A DNA stretch of 49,291 bases, counting the filler, from Streblomastix strix (Eukaryota): assembly GCA_008636045.1 (NCBI GenBank). It is 3 parts of 3 records of this genome, joined end to end, with 100 filler letters (N's around TTAATTAATTAA, not from the genome) between each part and the next. Parts side by side here need not be neighbours in the genome. Positions count along the whole stretch, not along the records: positions 16,466 to 32,830 come from SNRW01000827.1; positions 32,931 to 49,291 come from SNRW01000828.1; 1 more part is not named here. One strand, written 5' to 3'. How positions within the stretch are numbered: position 1 is the stretch's first letter; the number at the start of each line of letters is the position of its first letter. Below the pieces are notes generated by a model. The model had not been told where the DNA came from. It worked only from the letters and a program-made list of their open reading frames with translations, and ran no database searches. Both the position numbers and the translations under genes were made by a program. Positions 24,900-42,879 of this stretch are shown here, in pieces.

Positions 24900-26868
24900 A
24901 GTTGTCTAGTTTTATCGATTTATTACAGATCTAAGTTCTAAACTACTTTCAAGACTCCAACTTATGTTAATATATGCTTGACTACAGATCTACTTGTATG
25001 TTTCTTTTAGTTTTATAGCATTAGTCTATTCTACTGTGTGCTTTCCGACTCTTAAATCAGTTTGGTGATTTGATCTATCCTTTTATTGTTAGTCGGCTTA
25101 AATTGGTATAAAGTCATCTATTTTCCCTGATTAACTATTAATCTTAGATTCATCAGTTAACTCTAAAGTTAACTAGGACGCAGGTCTGCAAGGCTAAGCC
25201 TATTGCTATCCTGCTCCGATGTCATAAGATTATCCTTCCTGACATTGAGATCCTAAGTCTCCTGATGCTCGGGATTAATCTTTTAAGGCTATTGATCCAA
25301 GATCATAGCCCTCAATTCCTGATTGCTCATAGCCGTTCTAGCAATTGGTGGCAGTAGATGTTATTTCGATCCTTACATTAGCTTACTATAGGAACCTATT
25401 CGATTGTCCTATGATATACATGAAGTTGCTGACATTGAGTATGCATGACTTGATACCTTTTCTAAAGACAAGGGTGAAAATTCGGTTTCTTTGAGAGAAT
25501 GAGATGCCTTAGGATAAAGTGGAGTTTGAGTGGTTATGAACTGTGAAATGCATTTATTTTGACGAAAGATTCAGTGATCAGGGATTATATTTATCCTCTT
25601 ACTTGTTCTGATTGAGAATACTATCTTGAAACTTACCTTTTCTTCTAGAATTTGTTATTTTATCTACCATATCTCCTTTCCCCTTAAAACGGGACATTCC
25701 TTTAACCTTTCTGAAACGATAAAAATCTGTAAAACTTATTAAAGCTCCGATTTGATAACCATTTGCTTACTATTGATTTTGCCGACTTTTTCTTTTGAAT
25801 TTTTCTCTAGATATTTTAGAAAGTACTTCTTGCGCTTATGGAACCATTTGAACCTCTCTTATTCTATATTCCCTTTCTTTATATGCATCACCAACTGTAT
25901 AACAACGAGGCTTCCTATATCTTGCATAGCTTACCGACCACGTTCTAAGTCCCATTACGTGCAATATCATGGATTAGACCAGCTATACCTTAATTCACAG
26001 CACAAGCAGATTCTAAAACTTTACGTACGAGACCGAATCTCTCTTCTAGTAATGTTGCTTCAGCTGATGGCACTGAAAACACTACATTAACTCCATCCCA
26101 CACAATTTCATCAAATAGTTTCTGTCTTTGAATTGATTACAGTTGAAATGCTAGCATATTTGCGTCTTTTGCATCTTGTTTAATGATTCCGGACAACGTC
26201 GTAACTACATCTTGGGCAATCTTCGCTTCCTCTAAACTCTCAAACTTTTCCTGACACTTCCTTTCTTACTGAAACTTTTCCTACAAAGACAAGAGGTTTT
26301 GAATTGTTGTAAAAGTTTCATCTCCACGCTTTCGTTTCGCTGGAATCAATGGAATAACCGACCTATTCACTATAAGAGTATTGTCATTCGTCTGTATTAC
26401 TTGTCTAGTCGACTTTTACTTGTTCAACCCGTCCTATAATCGATTTACTTTCGCAATTGCAGTTTCTGCGATAATGCACGCAGTCCAGAGGTCCATATCT
26501 TCTGGCGGGTCGAATCCCCAGTAATCTGCTTCTAAATGCAAGTCAGATTTTGGGTCAAAGAGTCCTCTTTCATTAGCTACAGCCTTTAGCTCGCCGCGGA
26601 GCCGTATTTTAGTGTCATTACTTTGCCTGTCGATGTACACCTAGCAGCCTTGCTCATTCATAAAATCGTCACTAATTGCGATGTACCAATCCATATCTAG
26701 ACCTTATGACTGCGGGATATCATTCAGTAACGGCCACGGTGTGTCTTTTGATGATTGCAACGAAATCCCCGTAATATGTACACTGATATCAATAATAGTA
26801 TTGATAGGACCTTCACCATACACAATTGGGTGTGATGAGGAGGGTGGTGTGTCCTTTTCGTCGCGCAT
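24900..26868 (-). pseudogene. ORF1 (gag-like) of DIRS element A
   Basis: ATG at 26868 just inside the 5' ITR; open for about 320 codons in code 6 (includes track ORF 26434..26640), then frameshifts near 25890. Lies upstream of pol. Confidence 0.7.
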
Positions 26869-27100
26869 TCGTGAACAATTGCCTGTTTTGTTGAATGGCC
26901 CATATTGCTTGGCTGACAGTCTCTAAAATAAATGGGAGCTCCAAATTTAAGTGGTTGCTTAAATAATCACATCAGTGGTTAGGATTCTAACAAACCTGAA
27001 TGATTTCTAAATTCAAATCCGATTCTAGTATTAACTAATACTACTTAAATTCTTTCAGATCCTTAATATTTCAAAGTTTTCTGAGTTGCATTGAGTTTTA

Positions 27101-29400
27101 GTGCTTTTAGTGAATGAAGATTTGCGATTGATACGATACTTGGAATTAAAAATTCTCCATATAATAAATATACAGGTCAAAATCGACGGATTGAAAATAA
27201 TGTTCACTATTTCGTGTTTATTAAAATGGATAGATTACTTTCACAAATCTATTCATACAACAATCAACGAATTTGGATCCGAGAATGCTCAAATCATAAA
27301 TATTATTAATAGAACTGGAGAAAATAGTAATGGAGTTGGAAAGAATTCACCTGGATAACTTATTGTTGAGAAATTCATTTAAGAAAGGGGAAATTTTGCA
27401 ATTTTAGATGTCTCATATGATTAAGGATTAACTTAGACATACAATGTTGGTTATAGTGCTGCAATTGTTGTTGATGGTCAAACAATTGTTTTAATATAAA
27501 ATTATAATACAAGAACATTTGAAGGACCTGCAATAAGAGCATTAATTTGTACAAAAACATCTATTGAAATTAATTCATTTCCTGATAATAATGGATAGAG
27601 GTATAAAAACTCGCTCAGTTAAATGCAGACAAATGAAATTTGGTAAGGAGCATTTGGTACAACAACTGTTAATATCGCTTTGGACTATGTAGCAAGTTAT
27701 AGATCAATATGAAACTGTTGGATACTTTGTTCTTCAGATAATAATTATTTTGTTAAATCTTCTTTCAATGAAGAACCTACATTAACAAAATCATTATCTT
27801 AAATATAATCTGCAATTGTTGTACTTAATACTTCACACCAAACTGCAGATATTTTAATTAATGGTAAATTCTTAGAACTTTGTATGCGAAGACTTATTCA
27901 GGAAATCTATGAAAAGAATAAAATTGATGTAAAAGTAACTTTAGAATTTGGTATTGAAAGTAGTTCAAATACAGTCAATTGGATTGATTTAGAGAATATC
28001 ATCTTTCAGTTACTTTTATCAGTACTAAAAGATCTTAATACAAAACCTATCTAGGAAGTTAGTGCATATAAATATGGAAATAGAGAATTGGCAAATTGGG
28101 CTTCCACTTAAGTAATTGATGAAGTTATAGAGAAAAATAGAAAATTAACCTTGTAATCATTATTGTTATACCTACTATTTCTGTTATCATCGAAATAATT
28201 ATATTCATCATCTTATTACTTGTGTTTAATAAATATAAATAATAATAGAGAAACATTAATCAAATAGAAACAAATGATATTATGATAGATATTGAAGTGA
28301 CATCTATAATTGAAGTTGTAAACTATGAAAAATAGGAATAATCTGAACATATAATATTACAATAAGTAATTTTTTATGAAATTGAAACACCATTTTTCAC
28401 CGACTCAGATACTTAACAACGAAGTTCACCAGATCACGGTTTAAGTTGAGATCATAAAATAGATCAAAGACATATTCTGAATAAATCATAAAAAAGATAA
28501 ATGAGTGAAAAATGGAAAAGTTCTTCTAAAAATTTAAACAGAATTTAACACCATTCAATTAAAAGAACTTATACCAATTTGAAAATAGTAGAAATATTGA
28601 TACTAAAAGAAGAAATGATTAAGAAACGAAGAAATTTAGATATCAAAGAAAATATATAAGAAAATCTTCAAAATAAAGAAAAGAAAGAAATAATAAATCG
28701 AAGCACAGACAAAATAAAGATATAAGATGTAAATCATTAAAAACTTGCAAAGAAAAATATAGCGACATTTCAGATTCTACGGATGTATCGCCAAACATAA
28801 CTACATCCAATATCAGTTCTAACAAAAACGATTCGCCAAAGCCAGAAGAATATCAGGACGAAGAGCTGTCTAATGATTAAATAAACGATTAGACTAAATC
28901 TAATGAGTAAATGTCATCTTGATCATATTTAATATCTCCATATACCACTAATACCTCTTTATCCTATTCTGATGAGAAGAAAATGGAAATTAAAAGAAAA
29001 CAAGCAACGTAGAAGAATAGAAAGAAGAAGCAAGCAAAACAAACAACATAAGAAGATTTATCTGATTCATCAAGTGATAATCAGAAGCAGAATTAGTAGA
29101 ATGATGACATCAAAGTGAAGTCATTAGGTATTAATCCTATTATTAATGTCAAAAATCGCAGATAGAGGTCTGAATCAAGTGCTCCTGCTATTTAAGAATT
29201 AGTAGTTTCTACTGAGATAGACATTAACGGAGAAATGAAATACTAACCAAATGATATAGTGAAACTATAAAATATCTAGAAAGAAGATATTGTTAGAATT
29301 TTATCAAACTCTGGATTTTAATCAAATGAGAAAAGAAAGGAATCTTCATCAGGATCATTACTCACATCAAATGAAGATATGTAATTATTGTTATTATATA
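27101..29400 (+). pseudogene. Decayed orphan coding region (globular-looking N-terminal part, K/E/S-rich C-terminal part)
   Basis: Frame from 27101 reads as protein for several hundred codons in code 6 with a TGA near 27710. 28260-29400 has charged low-complexity codon bias with further stops and frameshifts. No family recognised. Confidence 0.4.
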
Positions 29401-30129
29401 TATTATTCCTGAAAAGATTCTCTGATCATAAATAAATAAAAGAAATGCAGTAAGGATGAAAATGAATGTTATTTTACGTTTCATTTTCAGTTATATTTAT
29501 GGTTTTATTCTACTTTTTCCTTTTTTTCATTTACTCTTACTTAAGCTAATTTATTATCGAAATGAGATCAATTCGTGTAAGAAAATAAATAAATATTAAA
29601 TAAATAAATACTATATGATCTGTTTTTCATATTTAATTGTGAAATAAATATTGTGCTAATCAAAATAATAAAATTGCTAACTCTAATGGAGTTTTTTTTG
29701 AATAATTGCATGAAAAAATAAAAAAACAATAAACATATATTAAATTGAAAGCAGAATTTATAAAAAATTTGTGGATGTCAGAGGGTGAATAGGTAGGAAA
29801 AGATATAAGTCGTGAATATAAAATTCTAAATTACATGAAAAGATGATTTGATACTAATAAATTTGGATATAAAATTGATTAAATTAATTATAAAAATTTT
29901 AAGAAATTACAAAATTGGAACTTTAAATTCAATTAGGAGTCAATAAAGTAAATTTAATTCAATAATGAAACAAATAATTATTGAATATGTCAAGATAGTG
30001 AAAATGCAATAATATTCAATAAGTTGCTAATTAATAATAGAAATTTTAACATGGTTATTTTATCATTTTATTCATTATTGAATAATTCTTTTGTCAATAT
30101 TTTATTATTAATAAATAAACATATTATTC

Positions 30130-31860
30130 ATTTTATCTCCATTACGTTCTTAATTGTTAGACTTATATAATTCAAATGTACCTTATGATAAGTCCTGAAT
30201 TGTTATTATTTCTGAAAAAATAAGAAAAATGAAAATTAATAAAATAAATAAATTTAAAAGAAAATTATAAAAAAAATGAATTTTAATTAATTAAATACAA
30301 ATAACTATTTTCTCATTAACATATTTAAATTCAAATTATGCAAACAACTACTTTGAAATCTTTTGGGAGTTTGATAATTCCAACTTCAGCAAATTAAATT
30401 ATATTTTTCCCAATGTAGAATTTTGCAGTTTGCTCTTCGTCCTATTTTAGATAATAAATATGAATGAAAATCAAAATGATAAACATAATATAAAATTTAC
30501 ATCAATTATTTCAATATTTATTTATAAAATCATCCGAAATAATTCAAAATATAACTATATCTCAAAATCAAATTGAATATTAATGTACCCCCATTTATTT
30601 TCATATTGAGTTTTTATTTGGGAAATTTGTGTAGATGACAAATTAGAAAATTATTATTAATATGATATGGAGGATTACTATTTTTCTCATATTCTTTCAA
30701 TATTTTCTAATCCTTTCCATATTTGAATCCCATTCATATGTAGAATATATTAGTTAATATATTATTCATATATTTAATTAAAAAAATTAAATAAATGAGA
30801 AAAAGTGAATGAAATATAAAATTTTAAAATATATTATTTATGTATTGATAATTTAATGTTAAATTTATATATAGTTTTCTTAATATTATTAAATTTTAAT
30901 AATACTCATTAAGGTAAAGTAAAAACTACTACTCTAAGATTGGTTAACTGATTAGGGCCAATATGTTGTGAAATCTCCCCGTTTTTCCTCACAAAGTCTA
31001 TGAATAGATTATAAATATAGATCAATATTATTAATTAAACAAATAATATATATTAAATACAAATATTTTAATTCATTGATAAAATTATTTATAAAAAAAA
31101 ATATTTATAATAATTAAAAAAATTAAAAATACCATCAATTTTTAATTCGTTAAATTTTGTTTTAAATAACGATATTTATAGTAGAAATACGTATTGAAGC
31201 GTATATGCTGTAAGATATGGAATTTATTTAATAATTTAAATTTCATTGGATTATTCTTTTCTATTTCCAATCACAATTTCTTTTTTTATCATTTATTTAA
31301 ATTTTATCAAATTCAAATCTTTGCACCTTTTTCTATTATTAATTTTACAATAACGTTTCCTTTCTCATTTCTTTGATTTATTTATCTTCAAAAAATCTTT
31401 CTTTCTTATAAATAGCAAATTTTAAACTAAAATTTTTATTTTTCCCTTTTAATTTTTTTTTTATTTTAGATTACATTTTCCTTCTCATTCTCTTCTTGCT
31501 CTTTCTTTTCTTTTTGTTTTTCTTTTTTTCTTTCTCCGTTTTTCCTTATCATAGTCTTCCTTCTTTTACTTTGATTTTTCTTTTCTAATTTTTTCATGGA
31601 TATGTTACTTCTTCTTCATCAGATTCTTATTATTCTTTCTATTCGTCACTTATATTTGATTATTAAAAAGTTAATTATCTTTAGATATTTTTTCATTGCT
31701 GTCGAGTTTCTTAATCAAGATCATCTACTTTATTTCTTCTAGTTTCCATCAATTTATCTGTTTCATTCAAATTTTCATTCATATTAATTAGCTTTTCACC
31801 AATTTCTTAAATTTATACTTAATATTATCCAAATTTCTTATTTAATCTGATATTCTGAAG
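30130..31860 (-). pseudogene. Degenerate multi-exon gene (coiled-coil 5' part, short 3' exons)
   Basis: K/E-rich minus-strand coding bias at 31150-31860. Short higher-GC blocks (~30930-30997, 30300-30440, 30130-30210) are bounded by minus-strand GT/AG-like sites and AT-rich spacers, e.g. DEEQTAKFYIGKNIIQFAEVGIIKLPKDFKVVV. Internal TGAs present. Confidence 0.35.
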
Positions 31861-32471
31861 AAAATTATGAAAATTTTTAAATTATATTCATATCTCATTA
31901 AAATTAACTTTTTTTTTATTTTAATTCGTAATTTTATTATTAATATTATTATTTTCTTAGTACTTCTAATTATCAATTTCAATTTATTCATTTTATTAAT
32001 TTTCAATATATATCATATATTTTTTGTATATGAACATTAATTCAACTTTGCTTCTAATTGAATTTTTCATTTTCTACTTGGCTTGTCTCTGCTTCACCAA
32101 AGATCATGAAACTTCATTCATAATATCTCCCTTCTAGTTCAGATTACCACTCTGTATCAACATTAACATTGAGCTTTCCACGCACACCAAGAATTAAGAC
32201 ACATTAAATCTGTATCAAAATCATTATTTAGATAAATGTGTAATTTATTAAGTTAGTAAAGAAATTTTCTTTTAAAATAATTAGCGTGCCATAGTTTCAT
32301 CAGTTAGAGCCGACAATAGGAGCGATAACAATAAATTCCCGCAAATATAGCTCAACTGCTATTTGACGAATTAACTTATTCGAATTATTTTTCACAGCTA
32401 CACAAATAAAAAATAATTACAATATTTTGAAAAAACTTGAATGATGATAACACATGAATATAGGGGGAAAC

Positions 32472-32830
32472 AGTTTATCATCTCCTAAAGGAGATTATTG
32501 TCGGACATTTCATTCGTAGACTCTTGTTTCAATCTATAATTTTGAGATTGCTAAATAGACCGCCAGGACTGGGTGCTCCATTGAGCAGCCCATACCTATT
32601 GGTCGGCCATTTGAAAATTAAGAAAGCGAACCATTAAGCAAGTATGTTGTTAAAATGCCTATGCATTGTTCGCACACCTTCGCAAAAGAGTATGTCTCAA
32701 TACAACTCCGAATTATCCTCATGCTGACGACAGAGACGCGAACGGTAACGTAACTAACGTATTTGTGAGCGATCGCGAGGCTACTGTGACAGACACCGAT
32801 GCTGAATCTGCTAGGAAGACATCTCTGATG
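32472..32830 (+). mobile_element. 5' end of a DIRS element related to element B, truncated by the assembly gap
   Basis: GACTCTTG...TTTTGAGAT...GCTCC.T.GAGC.G.CCA...AAGAAAGCGAA matches the reverse complement of 48415-48570. DRDANGNVTNVFVSDREATVTDTDA is homologous to element B ORF1 NRDENRNYLNILACDWEITVTDTDA. Confidence 0.8.
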
Positions 32831-32930
32831 NNNNNNNNNNNNNNNNNNNNNNNNNNNNNNNNNNNNNNNNNNNNTTAATTAATTAANNNNNNNNNNNNNN
32901 NNNNNNNNNNNNNNNNNNNNNNNNNNNNNN
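32831..32930. other. Assembly gap with artificial TTAATTAATTAA linker
   Basis: 44 N + TTAATTAATTAA + 44 N. Confidence 0.95.
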
Positions 32931-37433
<4,503 letters not shown>

Positions 37434-38354
37434 AAACCTGATGTAAGTGAAAAAATTTTGATAAATTAAATTAATTAATTTTTGATTAATATAGAAAAAT
37501 TTAGTAAATTTAGATTATTCAAAAACAAAGAAAAAATAAAGTCAAAATTTTGTTTTAGGCATTAAATATATATTAGCAACTTGTTAAAAAATAAATGAAT
37601 AATAAAAATTAGCATAGATTTAAAATGTTTAATTGAGTTTATAAGTATTATTTAGAACGTTTTTAATGTTTTTTTCTTTTTTATGCCTTTAATTATGCTT
37701 AATTTGTATAAATTTTGAATAATTCTGTACATTATTCTCTGTGGAAATGCGAAATATTAAATTGGGAATTAATGAACATAAAGAATGAGAAATTTTATAT
37801 AATTATTTTGCAATATTGGGCATGGATCAAAAATAAATATTTGAATTTTCCATTGCATACATTTTTTTTATGAATAAACAGCATAATTTTGTCTTTATTA
37901 AATTTATTTCTACAATTATTTAATATTATTCAGGTACAAATCTAAATCTGATTATTTATTTTAATATTTCTTTTTTTCCCCTATTCAAATCATTCTTTTT
38001 TTTGCTTATTATTCAAAATCTATAGTTCATAAACATCATGCTTTTTTGCAATAGGGCTGTTAAAATTTGTCAAACCAATTTCAAATGACGGACGAGGTCG
38101 TCTAAGATAATTTTATTTTTGACGAGTCATATTTTTCAATCAATTCTCTTTTAAGACGTGCAAGTATTGATGCATATATAACTATTTGTTTTAAATGGCA
38201 TTTATTTGACAGCTACTATCATTCTACAATATTTAAATGTAGTATAAAAAATTGGTTAAATTCATAATTTTTAAAAAATAAATTGTCTTTTTATATTTAT
38301 AAATATTTTTAAAGATAAATTATTTTTTTAAAAATTTAACGAAATTTTTGATTT

Positions 38355-38767
38355 ATATGGGCAATTTTCATCACAACCATTAGTCTATAAATTTTTTATA
38401 TTTTAATTTAAAATAATTTTAGTAGTAAATGTCACAAATTATATATACGACAAAACTGCCTGGACATAAAATAGTTAATTTTAAATTAATTTTTTTTCGA
38501 CTTTACGATCAATGATGCAATTTAAATTTGTTTACTATTTTTAAAATTTGTGAATGTCAATTATATTTAATTATATATAAATTTAGTCAAATTTTATTCT
38601 CATAAAAAAATAAAAAATTCGAATTTTCAAATTTTTAAACATAAAAATATTTTATGTCCAGGCAATTTTGTCGTATATATAATTTGTGACTTTTACTACT
38701 AAAATTATTTTAAAATAAAATATATAAAAATTTATAGACTATTGGTTGTGATGAAAAATGGCCATAT
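38355..38767. mobile_element. MITE-like element with ~115-bp terminal inverted repeats, possible TA target duplication
   Basis: ATATGGGCAATTTTCATCACAACCATTAGTCTATAAATTTT...TGCCTGGACATAAAA (38355-38470) versus TTTATGTCCAGGCA...ATAGACTATTGGTTGTGATGAAAAATGGCCATAT (38650-38767); ends read TA|TGG...CCA|TA. Confidence 0.85.
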
Positions 38768-41549
38768 GATATTTAAAAAATGTAAATTGAATATTTTATT
38801 GAAATATGCTCATATCATATAAATATAATAATGTTAATCAGTTGAATCTTTAAAAATTTTTATTTTTTAAAATAAAATAACAATTTGTGATTTTTTACGA
38901 AATGTAAACATTTTCAATTGGTAAATTTTGATGATATAAAATTTAAATATTATTTTATATAAATTTTAATTAAATTTGTCGTGAAATATTATGTAATTCT
39001 GTCATTAAATCAGTTTTTCAAAAATATATTTATTGTTTGATTCAAGTTTAGTAATTATTATTGGAATGATTAATTTATAATTAAAAAAAGGTATTTATTA
39101 TGCAAATTATTGACAATAACAAACGAAATATTTTGATTAAGAATCAGAATCCACAAATCCATTATTTTTGATATCTACCATCTTCATGTTGAATTGACTT
39201 TTCGAATATATTTAATTTTAAAGAAAATACTAGAATCAACGTGAATATCAAATTGCGCATGGAAATTATAACCAGCCACTTTCACCATTTAACGGAGGAA
39301 ACCTCCCATCACAATTTGTTTGAGTGATTGAACGCATAAATTTGGTAACACCTGTTCTTTTATTTATATTCCAATATATATATATACTTAAAAGTGTACA
39401 TTCTCGGTGAATATTTTTTTTAGAATTAGTTGATATCGTTCTCAAAAGAAAATTTAATTTATCCTTTTTTCACTTTAGTTACAAACTAATCGAAACAGTA
39501 AGATTTTATAATTGTATCATATTTAAATTTATAAAATTAATCAATATAATTATATTTTAAAAATGTAACATATCTAACATTTAATTGCAAGCAATAAATT
39601 AATGATTTGATGTTTCCGTCAAAATTTAATTGGAGTAACGAAACCGTCACTGGGAAAAATTGTGAAGGAACCGTCAATTTGCAATGTACTATTGGTGCAC
39701 ATAACCAATTTAAATATTTTCATATTACTTTAATGAATAGTACAAATATTAACCAAATTTATCCATAAAAACATATAAATTATTTTTAATAAGTGAATCA
39801 AATGCGTTTTCTCTTTTATTTAAAAAAAATATCCATAAACTTCATAGTTTGTCAAAGTAATTCTTATTTAATAGAAATAATATATTTAAATTAACAGTTA
39901 AAATTTATATTTACTATCAATCAAAACTAATTAATTTTTTCAATCATAAAAAAACTAAAAAGGATTTTTTTTATTTTTTTAATATTTAACCGGATTCCTC
40001 GCTTGAAAATTGGGCTTGATGGATGAAATTGACTAATTTAAACTGCAATATATTGCAGATGGTTTCAAAATCGTATATGAGTCGATTTCTATCCTGTTGT
40101 ATGTTTTTATCATTTAAATTTAATTACTTTAAATTTTTTTATGAAATAAATATTTATTTGAGTCTTGCTGTTCATATTATTTATACACTATTATTTTTTT
40201 GAATTTGCAAATAAGTAATATCAATTAAAATGCGTGGGAGCCGAAATTCCAAAAATTGAAGATATATGGACAATCTTTCAAAATGCTATTATAACGTTTT
40301 GATTTTCTATAAGGAGATGTTTAATATACGATGTGCATACCTGTATGTCTTAGCGATACCATTGATTGAGATGATATAAATGTGACTTATTGTATAAAGA
40401 GAAAGTCTAAACTATTTGAACGTTTCTTTATTTGAAAATTTAATTAGTTCAATTTATGATTATTTAAAATTCATCTTAAATAAAATAGAAACTACCATAA
40501 ACTCTAATAAATTTTTATTTTTTATTTAATTTTGTTTGATTGTGAAGAACTTTGTAATGGATTAAACCTACATCGTTGAAAAATATTTAGTTTAAAATAA
40601 TTTAAATTTAGACATTTAGACAATAAATATACAATAAATGCTGGGGATGCTAACCCAACCACTAAGAGCTCGCTAGACCAACCCAGTCAAGAAGAATTGA
40701 AATTAGAATAAAAATAAAATAAAAATAAAAAAAACTTTTTGCCTAATGTATAAATTTATTAGAAAAATTTGCAAATTTCATCAAATATAATTTGAAATTT
40801 TGGACTTATAGCTCTACATAGGCAGTAAAATGAGGTAAAATATTAATAATTTGTTGGAACTCACATAAGTGGTTTATAGAGGTAAAATTTCTACATAAAT
40901 GTTCATAAAAATCAAGAATTGTTTTCTAAATCATTGACGAATGTTCAATTCCATTTATTAATTAAATAACTCTGAAATATAGAAAATTATTGGTTTAAAA
41001 AAATAAATAAAATTATTAAAATCTAATATAAATTCAATTTAATTCAAAATTTATCTTAAAATGGCGCATTTATTATATAATTAGATGCGAAATGTAAATT
41101 TTTTATTAAAATAAATTATTATTTACTTATAGTTGTCTCAATAGTAGACTCATGTTTCACCTCATTATTTTGAGATTGTCAAATGAGACGTAAGGATTGA
41201 GTACTCCGTCGAGCTGCCCATACTTATGTGTTGGCCTAGTATTAAAATTCAAAATGAAACGTTAAGAATTACTACTTGAAGAACCAATACCGGGTTTCTA
41301 TGACTTAAAAGATAACAGGCGTGGTGAATAAAAATATAAATGAGCAAGATTAATGTGAGGAGAAAATATTAAAAGAGATAACCGTCCGTCCTTAATTTCA
41401 TGTCGTGGGAGTGAAGAAAGAGAATTTTTAAATTATACAGGTGCAATGTGAAATGATAAAAAATCTCATCTTGGAAGCATTCACTCCTACACGACTTATC
41501 ATTCATCATATCAAAGCATTTGCAGTTCCTGCATAATCAGAATTCTTTT

Positions 41550-42830
41550 TCATATGTGAGATTGGAGTTCTGAATGCTTGTTCTTTATCTTCATATCTTT
41601 CTACATTTACAATTTATGGCCACTTGTACTCTCGCGATCGTTCGGAGATCTTGCTTCAACGATGGGTTGGGTTGAAATCATTGGGTGGGATAATGGTGAA
41701 GCATGAGTCTCCTACGGAGATAACTATAAATCATTTCCTTATGGAGATAACTGTAGTACATCTCGTTCGGGGACTCTTGCTTTGCACCTTTATTTTGAGA
41801 TAATTTAAGAAGATGTTTCTGCTTACTTTTAGCCATGAGTCTTTGCGAATGCAGATGCTATTGAATTCTGAGACCTGTTCAAAGCAAATACATAGAATTG
41901 GCAATTCATCTTCGAATTTGGTACATGATGCATGAAGACATTTATTTTTTTCCATCGAATCTTATTATAGCTAATTCGGTAGAAAATGCATGTTCAATTG
42001 AGTTCGCGGATGCGGTTTTAATTCCTAAAGTGCGTTTAAGATATTTATAAAGAGTGCTTATGTGTCTTCGATCAACTTATTCCCCTTCATTAGTCCAGAA
42101 ATGGTGTATTAAGTAGTTCGGTCCTCGTTGAAAATGTTTTCTTAGTCATTTAAACCAAACGAAAAAAGTTTATGTTGGACACACAGTTTCTTAATTTGTA
42201 TTTCCTAGATCAGATCTTTGTCTTTGCTTTGTTTGTTTTGGTTGGATACAAACCAAAGTTGATCTGTATTCATCATCAATTATTGAAACTGATAGATTTA
42301 TATTTCGCATCTTTTCTATTCTCACCACGCACAATGACATCATTAATGAAGCAAGTTTAGTTTGCAATTCTTCATTTGAAAGATTTTGACTCTATGGTAT
42401 TTTTACTCCAATAATCATATAATTGATTATTATCGTATCTACTTCTATATATGGACTACTGATCTGATTGCTCGAAGAAACATGTGTTATGAGTCTTTAC
42501 GCAGCTGCGGATATATGCTCCGTTTCAAATATGAGTAACGGCAATGTGCAAAATATTGATACATGACGATTTGCTGATGATAGCCTTGTTTTCCTTGTCT
42601 TTGTCAGCTACGTCATGAATTCTGTGTGAATGAATAACATTCCCTTTGCTAAAAGGTCTTCCATAGAATATGCTTTCTCTTTCATCCAATCGTTAAAGAC
42701 TCCAATTGTTTGAAAATATTCCTTTTAAGTATCGAATTTCTATCTTTCGATGAACATCTGTTGTGAGTCTCTTTGCAAGTTCACTTTGTTCACGAACTCT
42801 GTTAATAATTTCCTTACTTAATGGACTCTT
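41550..42830 (-). pseudogene. Tyrosine recombinase of DIRS element B (degenerate)
   Basis: TLGIKTASANSIEHAFSTELA (decayed SIRHA box)...INVFMHH...CQFYVFALN (catalytic Tyr region). The C-terminal extension reads through the ICR to TGA 41550-41552. Frameshifts upstream; 5' boundary approximate. Confidence 0.75.
41690..41802. repeat. Internal complementary region (ICR) of DIRS element B
   Basis: GGTGAAGCATGAGTCTCCTACGGAGATAACTATAA approximates the reverse complement of 41127-41161; AATCATTTCCTTA...GACTCTTGC...CCTTTATTTTGAGATA approximates the reverse complement of 48498-48570. The halves meet at AAA (41728-41730). Confidence 0.88.
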
Positions 42831-42879
42831 GGTCCATGAGGAATGCCACGATTTTTCCAAGTGGTAGCATGTCCTTTCT

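Larger units (their letters stand above)
21207..26981 (-). mobile_element. DIRS-type tyrosine-recombinase retrotransposon A (full length, degenerate, ~5.8 kb)
   Basis: ITRs 21221-21298 and ~26870-26948 (TTTGGAGCTC..CCATTTATTTTAGAGACTGTC...AAGCAATATGGGCC); ICR at 21860-21960 complementary to both termini; gag-like, RT, RNase H, MT and YR coding regions in DIRS order. Confidence 0.9.

Noticed and set aside
38052..38218. Possible short TIR pair (TAGGGCTGTTAAAAT / ATTTGACAGCTACTA)
   Set aside because: Match is too short and imperfect to support without a copy search.
40640..40690. GC-rich island with weak A/B-box-like motifs on the minus strand
   Set aside because: Boxes are degenerate and too close together for a tRNA; no cloverleaf.
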